Assembly: GCA_016197205.1 (NCBI GenBank)
Contig: JACPWG010000194.1
Location: forward strand, 52,429 to 116,428
Length of the DNA: 64,000 bases
Reading direction: 5' to 3'
Source of the DNA: Planctomycetota bacterium
Lineage (GTDB): Bacteria > Planctomycetota > MHYJ01 > WSZJ01 > JACPWG01
Below the pieces are notes generated by a model. It did not search any database and was not told where the DNA came from. It saw only the letters and a list, made by a program, of their open reading frames with translations. Below are positions 1 to 8,605 of this stretch, one piece after another (the stretch's first letter is position 1; each line of letters begins with the position of its first letter). The translations under genes were made by a program, and so were the position numbers.

Positions 1-584
1 TGCTCGGCTCCGCGGGGAGCGACTACGGGAAAGCCCTGAGGTGGTCGCTGGAGACCCGCTTCGAGCGTTTCCTCGTCAGCGAGGTCGCCACGCGCAACCA
101 GCTCCTGCACGAAGGCGTCGCGATCTACGAGAACCGCTCCGCCTCGACCACGGACATCCTGCACGAGTATTTCCTTCCGCCCGAGCGATTCGAGAGCTTC
201 CTGGAGGCCCTCCGCCGCCTCGTGCCCCCGCATCGTTCCGAGGGGCTGGACCTGCTGAATGTAACGGTCCGCGACCTGCAGCGAGACGACGTGAGCTTCC
301 TCCGCTACGCGGACCGCGACCTCTTCGCCTTCGTGCTGCTTTGGCGTTATGCGCGCACGCCCGCGGCCGACGCGGCCATGGAACGCATGACGCGGGAGCT
401 GCTGGACGCCGTGCTCGCGCTCGGCGGTCGCTACTACCTGCCCTATCGACTCCACGCGACGCCGGCGCAGCTCCGGACCGCCTACCCCCAGGTGGATGCG
501 TTCTTCCGGGCCAAGCGCCGGTACGACCCGGACGAGCTTTTCCAGAACCTCTTCTACCTCCAGTACGGGGCCGAGCCCCGATAG
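1..584 (+). CDS. FAD-linked oxidase, C-terminal substrate-binding domain (PCMH/vanillyl-alcohol-oxidase superfamily); 5' end lies outside the window
   Basis: Frame 3 is open from nt 3 to the TAG at 582-584. Translation ...YLPYRLHATPAQLRTAYPQVDAFFRAKRRYDPDELFQNLFYLQY resembles the C-terminal tails of ALO/GulLO-like FAD oxidases. No start codon in window. Confidence 0.55.
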   Translation, partial: LGSAGSDYGKALRWSLETRFERFLVSEVATRNQLLHEGVAIYENRSASTTDILHEYFLPPERFESFLEALRRLVPPHRSEGLDLLNVTVRDLQRDDVSFLRYADRDLFAFVLLWRYARTPAADAAMERMTRELLDAVLALGGRYYLPYRLHATPAQLRTAYPQVDAFFRAKRRYDPDELFQNLFYLQYGAEPR

Positions 585-585
585 G

Positions 586-1536
586 ATGCGCGACGTGGAT
601 GCCCGCTCCCTCGCCCGTCTCGCCGACCTGAAGCAGGCCCTCGGCTCGATCATCCTCGGCAAGGCCGACGTGGTGGATCGCCTGCTCGCGGCGCTCCTCG
701 CGCGCGGGCACGTGCTCATCGAGGACGTCCCCGGGGTCGGCAAGACGACGCTCGCCCGCGCCCTCGCCCGGTCGATCGCCTGCGCGTTCAAGCGGATCCA
801 GTTCACCCCGGACCTCCTGCCGTCCGACATCACCGGCATCTCCGTGCTGGACCCGGAGAAGCGGGAGTTCCAGTTCCGTCCCGGGCCGATCTTCACGAAC
901 GTCCTCCTCGCCGACGAAATCAACCGCAGCACGCCGCGGACGCAGAGCGCGCTGCTGGAGGCGATGAACGACGGCCAGGTGACGGTGGACGGCGTATCGC
1001 GGCCGCTCGCGCCCCCCTTCCTCGTGCTCGCCACGCAGAACCCGCTGGAATACGCGGGGACCTTCCCGTTGCCGGAGAGCCAGCTCGACCGTTTCCTGAT
1101 GCGCCTGCACATGGGCTATCCGTCGCGCGCGGAAGAGCGGGCGCTGCTTGAGGCGCCGCGCGGTACGGCGGAGATCGAACGGCTCGCGCCCGTGCTCTCC
1201 GGCGCCGAGGTCGTGGAGCTCTCGCGTCGGGTGGCCGGGGTCCGCGTGGAGGAGCCCCTCTGTGAGTACATCCTCTCCCTCGTCGAGGCGACGCGGAGGC
1301 ACACGGCGCTCGTAGCGGGCGTGAGTCCCCGCGGCTCGTCGGCCCTGTATCGCGCCGTCCAGGCGCTGGCCCTCGTGCGGGGCCGCGCCTACGCGATCCC
1401 GGATGACGTGAAAGAACTGGCCCTCCCGGTCCTCGCCCACCGTGTGCTGCCCAAGAGCCGTCGCCTTGGCGAGGGGCACGGGACGTCGGCCGCCGTGATC
1501 GAAGAGCTTCTCGGAAAAATGCGGTGCCCGGGGTGA
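586..1536 (+). CDS. MoxR-family AAA+ ATPase
   Basis: ATG at 586 lies 1 nt after the upstream stop. Walker A GVGKT, then LLADEINRSTPRTQSALLEAM...LVLATQNP..GT.PLPESQLDRF, characteristic of MoxR/RavA ATPases. Confidence 0.9.
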   Translation: MRDVDARSLARLADLKQALGSIILGKADVVDRLLAALLARGHVLIEDVPGVGKTTLARALARSIACAFKRIQFTPDLLPSDITGISVLDPEKREFQFRPGPIFTNVLLADEINRSTPRTQSALLEAMNDGQVTVDGVSRPLAPPFLVLATQNPLEYAGTFPLPESQLDRFLMRLHMGYPSRAEERALLEAPRGTAEIERLAPVLSGAEVVELSRRVAGVRVEEPLCEYILSLVEATRRHTALVAGVSPRGSSALYRAVQALALVRGRAYAIPDDVKELALPVLAHRVLPKSRRLGEGHGTSAAVIEELLGKMRCPG

Positions 1537-1573
1537 GCGGCCGACCGACCGACGCCCCGACAGCCCCGGCTCC

Positions 1574-1601
1574 TTGAAAACCCTGTGCTCCCTGCTATAA
1601 T
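1574..1601 (+). promoter_or_regulatory. sigma70-like promoter (TTGAAA-16 nt-TATAAT) about 160 nt upstream of the GGDEF gene
   Basis: Read directly: ccTTGAAAaccctgtgctccctgcTATAATgg. Implies a long 5' leader. Confidence 0.5.
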
Positions 1602-1760
1602 GGCGGTCAAGGTCGCGCTTTCTCCCTTCGACCGCGGTCGCCCCGGCCTCGCCTCCTCTCCGATTCGGGCCTCGGCCCCGCCTCGGGGTGCTGTGCCCGG
1701 CCACGTCGTTGCGCCGCGCTTGCTCCATCCACTCGGCCCGCTTGACGAGGCGTCCACCGG

Positions 1761-4700
1761 ATGAAAGGACCCGACCTCTCCCAGGAGGCCCTCTCCCGCC
1801 TCGTCTTCACCGACGACCTTACCGGCCTCTATAACCGCCGGTACTTCTCCCAGTACCTCACCCACGAAGTCGACTGGGAAGGGCGGCGCTCCGCCGGCCT
1901 CTCCCTTCTCATGATCGACGTCGATCACTTCAAGGAGGTCAACGACCGGCACGGCCACCTCGCGGGAGACCGCGCGCTCCGGGCGGTCGGCCAGGCGATC
2001 CGGGAGGGCGTGCGCAACGACGACATCGTCGTGCGCTATGCCGGGGATGAGTTCTGCGTCCTTCTGCCTCAGGCGGCCAAGTCGGTCGCGGTCGACGTGG
2101 GCGAAAAGATCCGCGCCCGGCTCACGGCCGTCCCCTTCCGCGCGAGCGACGGCGCGGACCCCCACCCGCTCTCCGTCTCCATCGGCGCGTCCACCTTCCC
2201 CGAGGATGGACGGAACGCCGAGGCGCTCATCGAGGCGGCGGACAAGGCGCTCTACTGTTCGAAGCGCCTGGGCCGCGACCGCGTCGCCGCCGCGGGCGCG
2301 ATCGATCTCGAGTTGACGCGTGAGCTCGACGCCCTCCGCTGTTTTCCCTGTCCCCGCTTCGTCGGGCGCCAGGCGGAACTTGCCGCCTTCGACGACGCCC
2401 TCGGCGTCGTCGCCGCCGGCCGCAATCTCCTCCTCATGCTCCGGGGCGCGCGCGGGATCGGCAAAACCCGCCTCCTTTCGGAAATCGCCAGGAGCCGGGC
2501 GGACGCCACCTGCCTCCTCGAACGCTGCTCCGAGGTCGACCAGACCGTCCCGTTCAAGCCGCTCCTTTCGCTGCTCGAAAAACAGCTTCGCCGGGACCCG
2601 CGCGAGGCGGACCGCGTCGCGGAACGCATTTTCGAAGAGCACCTCGCGGCCCTGTCCGAAGTGATCCCCGCGCTCGCCGCCGTCCGCGCCCGCCGGCCGC
2701 TCCGTCCCACGTTTTCCCCGAGGGAAAAGCGGCGGTACGTCTTCGAAGGGGTCGTGAACCTGCTCTGGACGCTTTCGATCCCGCGACCGCTGCTCGTCAT
2801 GCTCGATGAATTCCAGAACCTGGACGAGGGGACGGCGCAGGTCCTCGAGTGCCTCGCCCTGCTGGGCCGCGGCCGCGTGCTCGTGGTGGGCGCCTTCGCG
2901 GTGGCCGAGGACATGGGCCCGCGGCTCGCCGGCTCCCCGGCCGGCAAGACGCTCGAGGCGCTCGGCGCGACCGACCGGCTCCGCCAGCTCGAGGTCGGCC
3001 CGCTCGACCTCGCCGGCGTCACGGCGGTGATCGACGCCATCCTCCCGGGGAGGCCTGCGTCGCCGCAGCTCGATTCGTCCCTCTTCGAGGCGAGCGGAGG
3101 GAATCCGCTCTACGTCGAGGAGGCGCTCAAGGCCCTCATCCGGCTGCAGGTCGTCCGGCCCTCGGGCCAGGGCTGGAGCATCGGCGACGCGACCGCGGCC
3201 GACCTGCCCGGCAGCCTCGAGGCGGTGATTCAGCGCGACCTCGGCTCGCTCGATCCGGAGACCGCGAAGGTCCTCGCCGAGGCGGTCGTCATTGGGCCGA
3301 ACTTCGGCCTCGACCTGCTCAAGGACGTCGCCGGCGTGAACGAAGGGGAGGCCCTGGAGATCGTGGAGCGGGCGAAGCGCCAGCGGCTCATCGGCAACGC
3401 CGACGGGCCCGACGAGTGGCAGTTCGTGTCCAGCCGCCTCCACGAAGTGACGTACGCCGCCGCCAGCCCCTCCTTCCGCAAGGAGACCCACCGGCGCGTC
3501 GGCACCTCGCACGAGGCGCGGCACAAGGACAACGCGGACCGCGTCGCGCAGGCGCTCGAACACCACTTCCGCCTCGCCGGCGAGTTGGCCAAGGCCACCG
3601 CCTATGCCGAGCGCGTGGCCCAGCACGCGCGCGAATATTTCCACCGCACCGAGGCCGCGGAGTACAAGGGGCACATCCGCCACCTGATCCCGGAGTGCAC
3701 CGAGCCGGTCCCCGAGGACGTGCTGCCCCTTTGCGCCGGCGTGCTGAAAGGCCTTTGCACTTTCGTCAAGATCACGAAAATGTATCCGCCCGGCAGCCAG
3801 CTCATCACGCAGGCCGCGGAGGCGCTCCGTCGCTCCCTCGGGGAAGCGTTCGTCCGCGTGCCCGCCTTCTCCTGCTCCCTGCCCAAGGACATCCTCCTCC
3901 TGAACACCGTCCCGCTCGACCCCGTCGTCGTCGGGGACGCGGTTCGCGAGCTGCAGGCCATCCTGCGCGAGCACTATATCCTCTCCCTCACGCTGACCCA
4001 CTCGACGGACGCCCAGGAGGTGGAGGAGCTGGTGCGCGGCCTGGCCAAGCCCTTCGATCCCAACGTCGCGGGGCCGGAGTACTGGGTCCGCTTTCTCGAT
4101 GAGCATCACATCGACGACATCGGGCTCGTGCAGCGCGCGTTCGAGGTCGCCGAAGAGAAGGAGCACCCCGTCGCCCTGGCGCTCAAGGAGGGCGCGGACC
4201 GGCCGCTCGACGACGCCCAGCTCCCCGTCCTGCGCGACGTGCTACGCTACCTCAGCGCGACGGTCTCGAACCTGCGCCTCTATCCGGAGGGGAGCCAGCT
4301 CATCACCGTCGCCCTCGACCTCCTCGCCCAGGCGCTCGACGGGCTCTTCGGCGTCCACCCCGTGCTTACGCTCTCCGAGGTCGAAAGCACGCTGCTGGTG
4401 AACGGCGTCGTCGCGAATCCCAAAGCGCTCGGGACCGTGGTCGGCGAGTGCGGCCGCATCCTCCGCGAGCATCAAATCACCAGCCTGACGTTCGTCAAGG
4501 GCGTATCGAAGCAGGAGCTTTCCAAGTTCGTGCAGGCGCTCTCCGAGGCCGCGCGCGAAGAGGAAGGCACGGCCGGGTACTGGGAGGGCTGGTTCGGGAA
4601 GCAGGGGATCTTCCACGTCGCGGCCGGCGTGAAGGTCTACGAAGCGACGGAGGTCTTCCGCCGCTCCCTGTCCGGCGAGGAGGCTGCCGAGGCCCCGCGG

Positions 4701-6065
4701 CCCGCCCCCGCCGCCGCGCCGCCGGAGGCCGGCCCCCACCCGGCCGGTCCGCGCACGCCGCGCACGGAGGCCGTGCACCGCGCCTCGGCCTGGCTCCGCG
4801 CGGACCCGGAATCCCTGCTCGCGCCCGAGCTGCTGAAGGAACTGGCGCCGACGCTGGAGATCCTCCTGCTCGACCAGGAGGCCGCCGTCGCCGGCCGCCT
4901 CATCGGGCGTCTCGCGGGGAACTTCCTGCACCGCCTCGCCCAGACGCTCGTCGCCACGGCGGAGGCCTACCTCGTGCTGCTCGAGAAGGCGCCGCGCCCC
5001 GTCCGCGACTTCCTCCTCCCGCGCTCGCTCACGAGCGTCGTGGACGCCCTGCGCGGCGAGACGAACGTGCCGGCCTTCGGCAAGCTCGTGGACCTCGCGG
5101 TGGAGCTGACGCGGGAGTTCGTCGCGGACCGGAACTACGAGGCGGCGAAGCGCACGATCTGGGCGATGGGAAAGCAGCGCCAGGGGAAGGACGTCGCGAC
5201 GCCGGAGCTGCGGAAACTCGCCGAGGAAGGGCTGCGGCGGATCGTCGAGGGGGACTCCGGGGACCAGCTCATCCGCGACCTCCGCTCGGTGGAGGAGGCG
5301 ACCCAGTCCCTCGCGGTGCAGGTGATCACGGGCTTCGGCTCGGCGGCCGTCCGCCGGCTCGTGAACGCGATCATGGAGACGGAGGAGTACCCGCTGCGCA
5401 AGGTCTTCGCCATCATCCTGCGCGAAGCGGGGGAGCAGGCCAAGGGGGAGCTGGTCAAGGAGCTGAACCCGTTTGCCCCGAGCGACCGCTACGCGCGCAT
5501 CCTCGAGGTGCTCGACACGGTCTCTACGTCGGTCGAGACGGAAGCGTTGTCGGCCCTCCGGCACCGGGACGAAAAGGTCCGGCGCGAGGCCGTGAACCTC
5601 CTGCGGCGCCTGCCGCGCGACCGGTCCGTGAAGTTGCTCGGCCAGGTCCTCCAGGACGACGACCCCGCGGTGGTGACCTCCGGGGTGATCGTGCTCGGGG
5701 AGCTGCGCTACCGGGAGATGGCCGACTCGCTCGTACGGATCCTGGATCTGGCGAAGGACGAACGGCTGTTGCGGGAGACCTGCGTGGCGGCGGCCAAACT
5801 GAACGACGAGCGGCTGATCCCCGCGCTCGGCCGGGTCCTGTGTCGGACCGGGTTCCTGGGGCTGTGGGGAGGCCTCCAGGAAGGGATGCGCGCGGCCGCG
5901 GCCTGGGCGCTCGGCGAATTCGCCAACCCCGACGCCGTCGCGCTGCTGAACAAGGCGTCGAACGATCGGAGCGCGCAGGTGCGCTCGGCGGCCAAGATGG
6001 GCTTGAGGGCGCGCGGTTCGCCTCTGCCCGTGGGCGATGCCCCTCGGCCGCCGCTGCCCGGCTAG
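1761..6065 (+). CDS. Multidomain signalling protein: N-terminal GGDEF diguanylate-cyclase domain (AGDEF variant with RxxD I-site), STAND/AAA_16 P-loop NTPase, long helical TPR-like region, C-terminal HEAT/PBS-lyase repeats
   Basis: GGDEF domain: LTGLYNRRYF...LLMIDVDHFKEVNDRHGHLAGDRALRAV...RNDDIVVRYAGDEFCVLLP. P-loop NTPase: Walker A GARGIGKT, Walker B LLVMLDEF. C-terminal repeats: EKVRREAVNLLRRLP...LLGQVLQDDDPAVV. Confidence 0.85.
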   Translation: MKGPDLSQEALSRLVFTDDLTGLYNRRYFSQYLTHEVDWEGRRSAGLSLLMIDVDHFKEVNDRHGHLAGDRALRAVGQAIREGVRNDDIVVRYAGDEFCVLLPQAAKSVAVDVGEKIRARLTAVPFRASDGADPHPLSVSIGASTFPEDGRNAEALIEAADKALYCSKRLGRDRVAAAGAIDLELTRELDALRCFPCPRFVGRQAELAAFDDALGVVAAGRNLLLMLRGARGIGKTRLLSEIARSRADATCLLERCSEVDQTVPFKPLLSLLEKQLRRDPREADRVAERIFEEHLAALSEVIPALAAVRARRPLRPTFSPREKRRYVFEGVVNLLWTLSIPRPLLVMLDEFQNLDEGTAQVLECLALLGRGRVLVVGAFAVAEDMGPRLAGSPAGKTLEALGATDRLRQLEVGPLDLAGVTAVIDAILPGRPASPQLDSSLFEASGGNPLYVEEALKALIRLQVVRPSGQGWSIGDATAADLPGSLEAVIQRDLGSLDPETAKVLAEAVVIGPNFGLDLLKDVAGVNEGEALEIVERAKRQRLIGNADGPDEWQFVSSRLHEVTYAAASPSFRKETHRRVGTSHEARHKDNADRVAQALEHHFRLAGELAKATAYAERVAQHAREYFHRTEAAEYKGHIRHLIPECTEPVPEDVLPLCAGVLKGLCTFVKITKMYPPGSQLITQAAEALRRSLGEAFVRVPAFSCSLPKDILLLNTVPLDPVVVGDAVRELQAILREHYILSLTLTHSTDAQEVEELVRGLAKPFDPNVAGPEYWVRFLDEHHIDDIGLVQRAFEVAEEKEHPVALALKEGADRPLDDAQLPVLRDVLRYLSATVSNLRLYPEGSQLITVALDLLAQALDGLFGVHPVLTLSEVESTLLVNGVVANPKALGTVVGECGRILREHQITSLTFVKGVSKQELSKFVQALSEAAREEEGTAGYWEGWFGKQGIFHVAAGVKVYEATEVFRRSLSGEEAAEAPRPAPAAAPPEAGPHPAGPRTPRTEAVHRASAWLRADPESLLAPELLKELAPTLEILLLDQEAAVAGRLIGRLAGNFLHRLAQTLVATAEAYLVLLEKAPRPVRDFLLPRSLTSVVDALRGETNVPAFGKLVDLAVELTREFVADRNYEAAKRTIWAMGKQRQGKDVATPELRKLAEEGLRRIVEGDSGDQLIRDLRSVEEATQSLAVQVITGFGSAAVRRLVNAIMETEEYPLRKVFAIILREAGEQAKGELVKELNPFAPSDRYARILEVLDTVSTSVETEALSALRHRDEKVRREAVNLLRRLPRDRSVKLLGQVLQDDDPAVVTSGVIVLGELRYREMADSLVRILDLAKDERLLRETCVAAAKLNDERLIPALGRVLCRTGFLGLWGGLQEGMRAAAAWALGEFANPDAVALLNKASNDRSAQVRSAAKMGLRARGSPLPVGDAPRPPLPG

Positions 6066-6410
6066 GCGCCGGACGCGGACCTGCGACCCCTCAAACGGCA
6101 CTCGTCTCTGATCGCCGAAGTCTGTTCATTCGCGGAAAGGAAATTTCGGGGCCTGTCCGGAAAGCCTTGTGGCACACGGGGTGGAACCATGACGCGGCGT
6201 GACCTCGACTTGCTTGGTTGCGACTCTGCAGCGTTGGGACCCTACCGGTGAACTTCTTGAAAGCGTGTCCAGATTCGCAGGCGACGAAACCACAAAGACT
6301 CGAAGTCACGAAGACCACAAAGGCGCTTTTCGGCCGAGCCAAACTCGCCCCCCTCAGTGACGGTCCTTCGTGGTCTTCGTGCCTTGGTGGCTTGGTGGTT
6401 TCGTCGTCCC

Positions 6411-6980
6411 ATGAAGATCCACTTGCAACCTGAGCGTTACAACCTGGTCCCGATCTTCACCGGCATGCGGATGGACGAGATCCAGGAAATCCTGGCGATC
6501 ACGGGCGAAGCGAACTACGAACCGGGCGACCGCATCACCGAAGAAGGGGAGGACGGCGACGAGTTCTACATCGTCCTCGAAGGGCGTGTGGAGATCCGCA
6601 AGCGCCTGCCGAGCGGCGACGAGGAGACCATCGCGCTTCTGGAGGCCGGCGCCGTCTTCGGCGAGTCGTGCATCATGGATCACCGCAAGCGCATCTCGAG
6701 CGCGGTGGCCGCCGCCCGCACCGTGCTCTCGACGATCCGCAAAACCGATTTCGAGAACTTCCTTCGCGCCGAGCGGATTTCCGCGTACAAGGTCCTGGAG
6801 AATTTCCTGCGGATCGTGAGCGACCGGCTCCGGAAGATGAATGACATCGTGTCCCGGCTGCTCATCGACATGGAGGAGCGGCAGGAAGTGACGAAGGTCG
6901 TTCGTGCCGACACCGCCGAGCTCCGGCGAAAACTGCTCCAGCACACCCACGCGATGCCGGGGAAGCCCAGCCCGTCGTAA
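6411..6980 (+). CDS. Stand-alone cyclic-nucleotide-binding (cNMP) domain protein without an HTH
   Basis: [49 protein letters not shown] matches the cNMP_binding fold (G..GD.FYII..G.V...FGE). The start was placed at the internal ATG 6411 (MKIHL). Confidence 0.8.
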   Translation: MKIHLQPERYNLVPIFTGMRMDEIQEILAITGEANYEPGDRITEEGEDGDEFYIVLEGRVEIRKRLPSGDEETIALLEAGAVFGESCIMDHRKRISSAVAAARTVLSTIRKTDFENFLRAERISAYKVLENFLRIVSDRLRKMNDIVSRLLIDMEERQEVTKVVRADTAELRRKLLQHTHAMPGKPSPS

Positions 6981-7096
6981 CAACCGCGAGCTCGTCCGCG
7001 CGCCTGGGCGGGAGCGGCGACCGGCGTGCGAGGGGACGAACCGCGAAGTACGCCCCTTGCGCGAGTTTCTTTCCGGCCCGCGGCGAGGAGTCCCGG

Positions 7097-8245
7097 ATGG
7101 GCAGCACGTTCGGCCATCTCTTCCGCGTGACGACCTGGGGGGAGTCGCACGGCGGCGCCGTGGGGTGCACGGTGGACGGCTGCCCGCCCCTCCTGCCGCT
7201 CGCGGAGGCGGACGTGCAGCGGGAGCTGGACCGGCGGCGGCCCGGGCAGAGCCGGCTCACGACGCAGCGCAAGGAAAGCGACACGGCGCGGATCCTCTCG
7301 GGCGTGTTCGAAGGGCGGACGCTCGGCACGCCGATCGAGATCCTCGTGGAGAACGAGGACGCGCGCCCCGAGGCCTATGAGGCGATGAAGGACCTGTACC
7401 GGCCGTCGCACGCCGACTACACGTACGAGGCGAAATACGGGATCCGCAATTGGCAAGGTGGCGGCCGTGCGAGCGCGCGGGAGACGGTGGGCAGGGTCGC
7501 CGCGGGGGCGATCGCCCGGAAACTGCTCGCGCTCGAGTGCGGGATCGAAATCGTCGCGTACGTGAAGCAGGTCCGCGACGTCGTCGCTCAGGTGAATCCC
7601 CTAGGCGCGAAGGCCGCGGCCGTCGAGCGGACCCCGGTGCGTTGCCCGGACGCGGCTGCGGCGGCGCGCATGATCGCCCTCATCGACGAGGTGCGCTCGC
7701 GCGGCGATTCCGTCGGGGGGATCGTCGAGTGCGTGGCGCGCGGCGTGCCGGCCGGCCTCGGCGAACCGGTCTTCGACAAGCTGGAGGCGGACCTGGCGAA
7801 GGCGATGCTGTCGCTGCCCGCCTCGAAGGGCTTCGAGCTCGGGTCGGGTTTCGCGGGCATCCTGCTCACGGGTTCGGAGCACAACGACGCGTTCATCGCG
7901 CGGGCGGGGCGCATCCGGACCCGGACCAACCGCTCGGGCGGGATCCAAGGCGGGATTTCGAACGGCGAGCCGATCGTGCTCCGCGTGGCCTTCAAGCCGA
8001 CCGCGACGATCCTCCAGCCCCAGGAGACCGTGGACCGGCGAGGCCGCCGGGCCGTCCTCGCCGCGCGCGGCCGTCACGACCCCTGCGTCCTTCCGCGCGC
8101 CGTCCCGATCGTCGAGGCGATGGTTGCCCTCGTTCTCGCCGATCACTGGCTCCGGCAGCGGGCCATCCGGCCCGCGCCGCCCGGGCCCTCGCGTCGCCGG
8201 TCGCGCCCAGGCACAGTCCCGAAAGGCCGAGCCCGCCGTTCGTAG
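7097..8245 (+). CDS. aroC: Chorismate synthase
   Basis: [31 protein letters not shown]...[39 protein letters not shown]...[25 protein letters not shown], a canonical AroC signature. It carries a ~30-aa basic C-terminal extension. Confidence 0.95.
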   Translation: MGSTFGHLFRVTTWGESHGGAVGCTVDGCPPLLPLAEADVQRELDRRRPGQSRLTTQRKESDTARILSGVFEGRTLGTPIEILVENEDARPEAYEAMKDLYRPSHADYTYEAKYGIRNWQGGGRASARETVGRVAAGAIARKLLALECGIEIVAYVKQVRDVVAQVNPLGAKAAAVERTPVRCPDAAAAARMIALIDEVRSRGDSVGGIVECVARGVPAGLGEPVFDKLEADLAKAMLSLPASKGFELGSGFAGILLTGSEHNDAFIARAGRIRTRTNRSGGIQGGISNGEPIVLRVAFKPTATILQPQETVDRRGRRAVLAARGRHDPCVLPRAVPIVEAMVALVLADHWLRQRAIRPAPPGPSRRRSRPGTVPKGRARRS

Positions 8246-8605
8246 TTCCGCCTGCAGGCGGACCGTTGCGCGGCGCGACTCTGGACCCTGGAACCATGGG
8301 TCGGGCAGTGAGTCGGCATTGTGGTGCAGGGCTTCCGCCCTGCACTTGCTCGCGCACGGCAGGTACGAATCGTCTCCCGGAGGTTCCCCAGGAGTTGCGC
8401 CCGCACACTACCGGCTCGGTGACGGCTACCCGGGTTGTCCCGTCGGTACAGGGCGGAAGCCCTGCACCACCAGGACTCCTGGCCGGCGTCGAAGACACCT
8501 GGAGCGTTTGCCCCCTTCCGGGTCGCAGGTTGCAGGGGGCGAGGCTTCGCTCGTCTTCGTCGCCAAGTGGCGGTCGCGGAGGTAGGCCCGGAGCCTGCCA
8601 ACCTC
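8246..8605. other. Structured GC-rich non-coding interval between the convergent genes aroC and the AsmA-like gene. It contains a 14-nt palindrome CCGCCTGCAGGCGG and two perfect inverted copies of a 22-nt hairpin about 115 nt apart. Candidate small element or ncRNA.
   Basis: gtgcagggcTTCCgccctgcac at ~8311 and its exact reverse complement gtacagggcGGAAgccctgcac at ~8448. Both overlapping six-frame ORFs are P/R/G-rich shadow frames. Confidence 0.35.

Noticed and set aside
6091-6342. 83-aa minus-strand ORF in the intergenic region upstream of the cNMP-binding gene
   Set aside because: No RBS, odd composition, and it overlaps the inverted-repeat regulatory region. Probably non-coding.
8246-8605. 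RNase P RNA, tmRNA, SRP RNA or cobalamin riboswitch
   Set aside because: The conserved P4 (GGAAAGTCCGG...CCCGGCTTA), tmRNA tRNA-like 3' end, SRP domain IV (GGTCCGGAAGGAAGCAGC) and B12-box sequences are absent on both strands.
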